This document shows, one piece after another, positions 60,264 to 64,000 of a DNA stretch of 64,000 nucleotides. Where the stretch lies: contig NW_025764899.1 in the NCBI RefSeq assembly GCF_003918875.1, positions 62,001 to 126,000 on the forward strand. The letters are read 5' to 3'. The position numbers were made by a program, and so were the translations under genes. This stretch comes from Haliotis rubra. Its lineage: Eukaryota. Numbering within the stretch: position 1 is the stretch's first letter; each line of letters opens with the position of its first letter. The notes beneath the pieces are model-generated. The model saw only the letters and a list, made by a program, of their open reading frames with translations, made no database searches and was not told the origin of the DNA.

Positions 60264-60979
60264 TGTTGTTGTCCCCCTCCGCAGCGCGGAACGGGGGACT
60301 ATGTATTCAGCAGCGTCCGTACGTATGTACGTCCCGATTCTTGTTAATGCGATATCTCATGAGCTGTTGTACTCAATGTCTTCAAATTTGGTGTCAGCCT
60401 ACATTGGGGGATTACACAAACACCAGTCGATTTGGGTAATCTTGACCTTATTTTCAAGGTCACCACGACACTTTGACCACTTTACAAACTCTTGTTAACG
60501 CGATATCTCATGGACTGTTGTACCCAGTGTCTTGAAATTTGGTGACAGCCTACATTGGGGGATTACGCAGACACCAGTCGATTTGGGTAATCTTGACCTT
60601 ATTTTCAAGGTCACCACGACACTTTTCACACTTTTAACTCTTGTTCCCGCGATATCTCATGAAATGTTGTACCCGATGTCTTCAAATTTGGTGACAGCAT
60701 ACATTGGAGTATTACACTGACACCAGTTTATTTGGGTGACCTTGACCTTATCTTCAAGGTCACCACGATACTTTGACCACTTTTTAAAGCGGATATCTCA
60801 TAAAACATTGCACCCAATGTTTCAAATTCAAGTATGTTGACAGCCTACATTGGGTGATTATGCAGACACCAGTCATTTCAGGCATCTTGTATGTGACCCA
60901 AAAATAAAAAGTAGTAAATATAGATATTCCATTCTTTAGCAGCAGAGGACATTGCCATATCAGTGGCAAACACTTGTTG
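60264..60979 (+). mobile_element. Helentron-associated (DINE-1/HINE-like) non-autonomous element with internal ~150-bp tandem repeats
   Basis: 5' inverted repeat gtccccc..gggggac, gtccgtacgtatgtacgtcc microsatellite, about 3.5 central repeats, 3' hairpin ttgcca-tatcag-tggcaa, T-rich flanks. Confidence 0.72.
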
Positions 60980-61409
60980 TAACTTCGCTCCAGTCTGCAT
61001 CGGCTGGCCATGTGCTTGTCAAGAAGGCGGACGGGAGCCTTCGCTATGCTCACTGTTTTTATTATTTGCCGGTAAGGTTCTCAATGTTTAGTGTAGATAT
61101 AGTGTATTGATATGTACGTTTGCATGATATTACGCATCCATTTAGCGGGTTACAGTGTGTTTTCCGCTGCTAGCGTTTTACGCTGATAGTCATAATTTTT
61201 AAACTTCTCTCTCGCTTCGACTTTTAGTGGAACAACTGTAAACTTTTTTCCATAGGCCTCCTTGTCCATTTGCCCATGCACTCCATCCTAGTTCCTAATG
61301 AAGCTTGCAGCATGCTCCACTAATTGCCCACGTGACTACCTTGAATGATCATTCCCTTTCTTGTCGCACGACTGTGTGGACGTGCTGTATATTAGGGACA
61401 GTATTTCAC

Positions 61410-64000
61410 CCTAACATCATGGGGAAAACAGATAATCAGTCAAGGAAAAGGAAAGTTTGTGCTCAATGCAAGACGAATTATTCATCCCTCGACCCTCACG
61501 CGTCTTGCAGTGACTGTATTGTACAATGTAACTGGAACAAATGATGTGGCAAGTGTAATTCACTAAAAGATGAGGATTTTAAGCCCTACCTCGTGTTTGC
61601 TCCCGGAGAATCGCCGATAGGGAGAGGAAATCAACAGAATCTGATCCCACTCCCGCCAAGCCTATCAAGTAACAGCGACAGAAAATCGTACCTTCACGCA
61701 AGAGAGCGACTGCTGTGGTTCAAGACCCGTCATCAGATTCTTACTTATCTGAGGACATTCGGCACCTATTATAGTCCTAGGCCAAATGTTAGAAAAGTCC
61801 CTATCTTTTAGGATCTCTCAGCAGCAGTAAAAGCGTTATCCAGTAATTGGTATGGCAACTCCCACCCTCCAGAGATTCTTGTCAATGTGGAACTAGACAC
61901 AGAATGTATCAGGTTACTGAAAACAGACAAGGTTTACCCTGCTGTTGAAACAGTGTCCACATGTTCATAGACCAACTGCATGAGTATTAACCGCATGGTT
62001 TAATGGACGATGACAAGCACTGATGTTCAACATAATCAGGATATGCAGTATGGGTGATAAGGCCTGGTGTATCATATTACCTGATAATGATGTTATCTCC
62101 ACATTTGGCCTAGGAGTATATTACGTACGCATCAGTCACCTCCTTCGTCAGATCACTCGCGGGTGGTTGTGATCGATAATTCATCGTTGCCTGTCCCATC
62201 TACACTACCAGGGGACCTTAGATCGACACCATCATCATCCAGATCATCAGTACATATTCCCTCGACTGTCTCAGTTTGTTTGGAGCTTGGCCAACTTCGT
62301 TCAACCAGCCAACTGTCCCCCCACATTCATTGAACCGGACAGAGCTGGCTACAACGGTCTAGAACTACAGCGACCCCGATCCAGATCACCTTATAGATCC
62401 AGATCACGTTCACAGTTTCCAGTTAGTGCATCAAATCGATCCAGATCACTTTACAAATCCAGATCATCTTACTAACCCAGGTCACCTATACGATCTAGAT
62501 CACCTTACAGAGCCATTGACCAATCGGGATCACAGTACAGATCCACATCTCATGGCCGATTCTATTCAGATGATCGAACCAGAGCTCCAATCAGAACCAG
62601 ATCACCAACTAGAACTACAGCGACCCGGACTAGTTCTTCATATCATCACAGGGCGGTGGGGTAGCCCAATGGTTAAAGGGTTGGCTCGTCACGCCGAAGA
62701 CCCGGGTTTGAATCCCCACATGGGTACAATGTGTGAAGCCCATTTCTGGTGTCCCCGGCCGTGATGTTGCTGGAATATTGCTAAAAGCGGCGTAAAACCT
62801 AACTCAGTCAGTCAGTCAGTCAGTCATATCATCACCTAGCCATACAAGGGAATCCAGATCACCGGCTTACCAACCTACTTCGGTACTTACCACGTCGAGA
62901 TCTCGATACAGTTTCTCTGACCGACGTTCTGGTGATCATTGCTCTGATACCACTAATGATCAGGGCCATATCCTCAGCCTGGAACCAAATACATCCGTCT
63001 ACTCCAGCCCATCCAGCACCTGGCTCTGCATCTGGTCCACCTCCTGAGATTGATCCAGTCCAAATAACCATGCCTGCATCAGGTCTCAACCTGTCTTTTT
63101 CAAGCCTCCAGTGGTGGACGAGTGCATTTACGCCTCCATCACACTTGGTGGTTGTCCACTTCCTCTCAGGCTTCGGCCAGGCAGGGCAGGCGGCTTCCGC
63201 CCTTTCAAGCCAATGCCCCCACGCTTAAGTCTGCATACCATTCTTCGAGGAGGTTTACCGGTGTGCAGCACAACAGCTCCGTGTGGCGGTTCACTCTTCC
63301 CATGGCTATTCGCTGGCCACGCAGCTAACATTGCTTTCTTTCCCGTTCGCAATGGGGTCTTCCCTGTTCCCTGGGGCTTTGCAAGTAGTGCGGGAGGCCG
63401 CGGAGGCGGTGTCTACCTTCAAGGATTCTAAACCCTTGTTGGAACACCCCTCCACTTCTCACCAATGGCCTTCACCTCTTGCCTCCTCTTATCCTTCCTC
63501 CCCGGCGAAGGAGCCTGCCAAATGGACTGTTCCATTACAGAGCAAGAGGGCACGAGGCAAGGGCAGGCCTGCTCGGTCGCAGCGGCCTTTTCTGGGCTAG
63601 CCATCCCTTGGCTTCCCGTTGAGTCTCTCCCCCGTGCCCTTATTGCCCCACACACAAGCAAGCGGAGACTTGCCGACAGTGGGGGTGCATTGCCTTATGC
63701 CAATGTAGGCGACTGGCTGTCACTATTCCTTTGGGAGTGGGAAGCAGCCATGTCAAATCCCAGGGTCCACACTCAGGGATGGCCATTTGCCACAGTGGAG
63801 GTGAGATCCTTCTGCGGGGTTTGGCACACGCCAGTGCCAGGTTCCCGGAAGGTCAGCAAGGAGAGAGGTTTTATTCCACTTACTTCCAAAGGACGGAGGG
63901 TTCAGGGTGTTTGTAGTTCCTGGGCGACCACTGAGTCTTAGGCCGTGGTTGGAGCAGGAAGTCAGCCTGCACGTCAATGAGCTAGAATTGAGAGCAGTCC
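61410..64000 (+). mobile_element. Decayed DIRS1-like tyrosine-recombinase retrotransposon (gag plus start of RT) in an SMC6 intron
   Basis: gag-type Cys/His finger CAQC..DPHASCSDC..C..CGKC (with a stop), RS-rich linker, pol start VGDWLSLFLWEW..SNPRV and RFYSTYF motif; many stops and frameshifts. Confidence 0.72.
62651..62826 (+). mobile_element. tRNA-derived SINE (family A), full length, inserted in the DIRS remnant
   Basis: Complete copy, (CAGT)n tail, TSD catatcatcac. Confidence 0.93.

Noticed and set aside
62651-62725. tRNA genes at A/B-box sequences (also 46720, 53470, 16260)
   Set aside because: They continue into SINE bodies and tails with TSDs, so they are SINE heads.

Overview
Intron-rich animal genomic DNA. 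It is probably a mollusc; the SINE families look abalone/Haliotis-like, but that is inference. There is one assembly gap (17481-17615). Six protein-coding loci can be built by hand from splice signals and homology: (1) a secreted pancreatic-lipase-family gene (minus, ATG 10507, runs off the left edge); (2) a single-coding-exon 606-aa Pro-rich orphan ORF (minus); (3) a 15-exon NRF-6/OACYL-type acyltransferase-3 gene (plus); (4) a cyclophilin paralogue derived from PPIE by tandem duplication, lacking the RRM and apparently starting with an MGCxxS dual-acylation motif (minus); (5) PPIE/cyclophilin E (minus, 12 coding exons); (6) the 5' part of SMC6 (plus), head-to-head with PPIE. Introns hold tRNA-derived SINEs, Tc1/mariner, hAT, Kolobok-like and Helentron-like elements, LINE fragments and a decayed DIRS retrotransposon. 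Three observations stand out. Many intronic minisatellites are amplified copies of the neighbouring exon/intron junction, including a U12 branch point. Both cyclophilins share a U12-type intron. The PPIE UGA stop is followed in frame by about 265 further codons interrupted by only one UGA.
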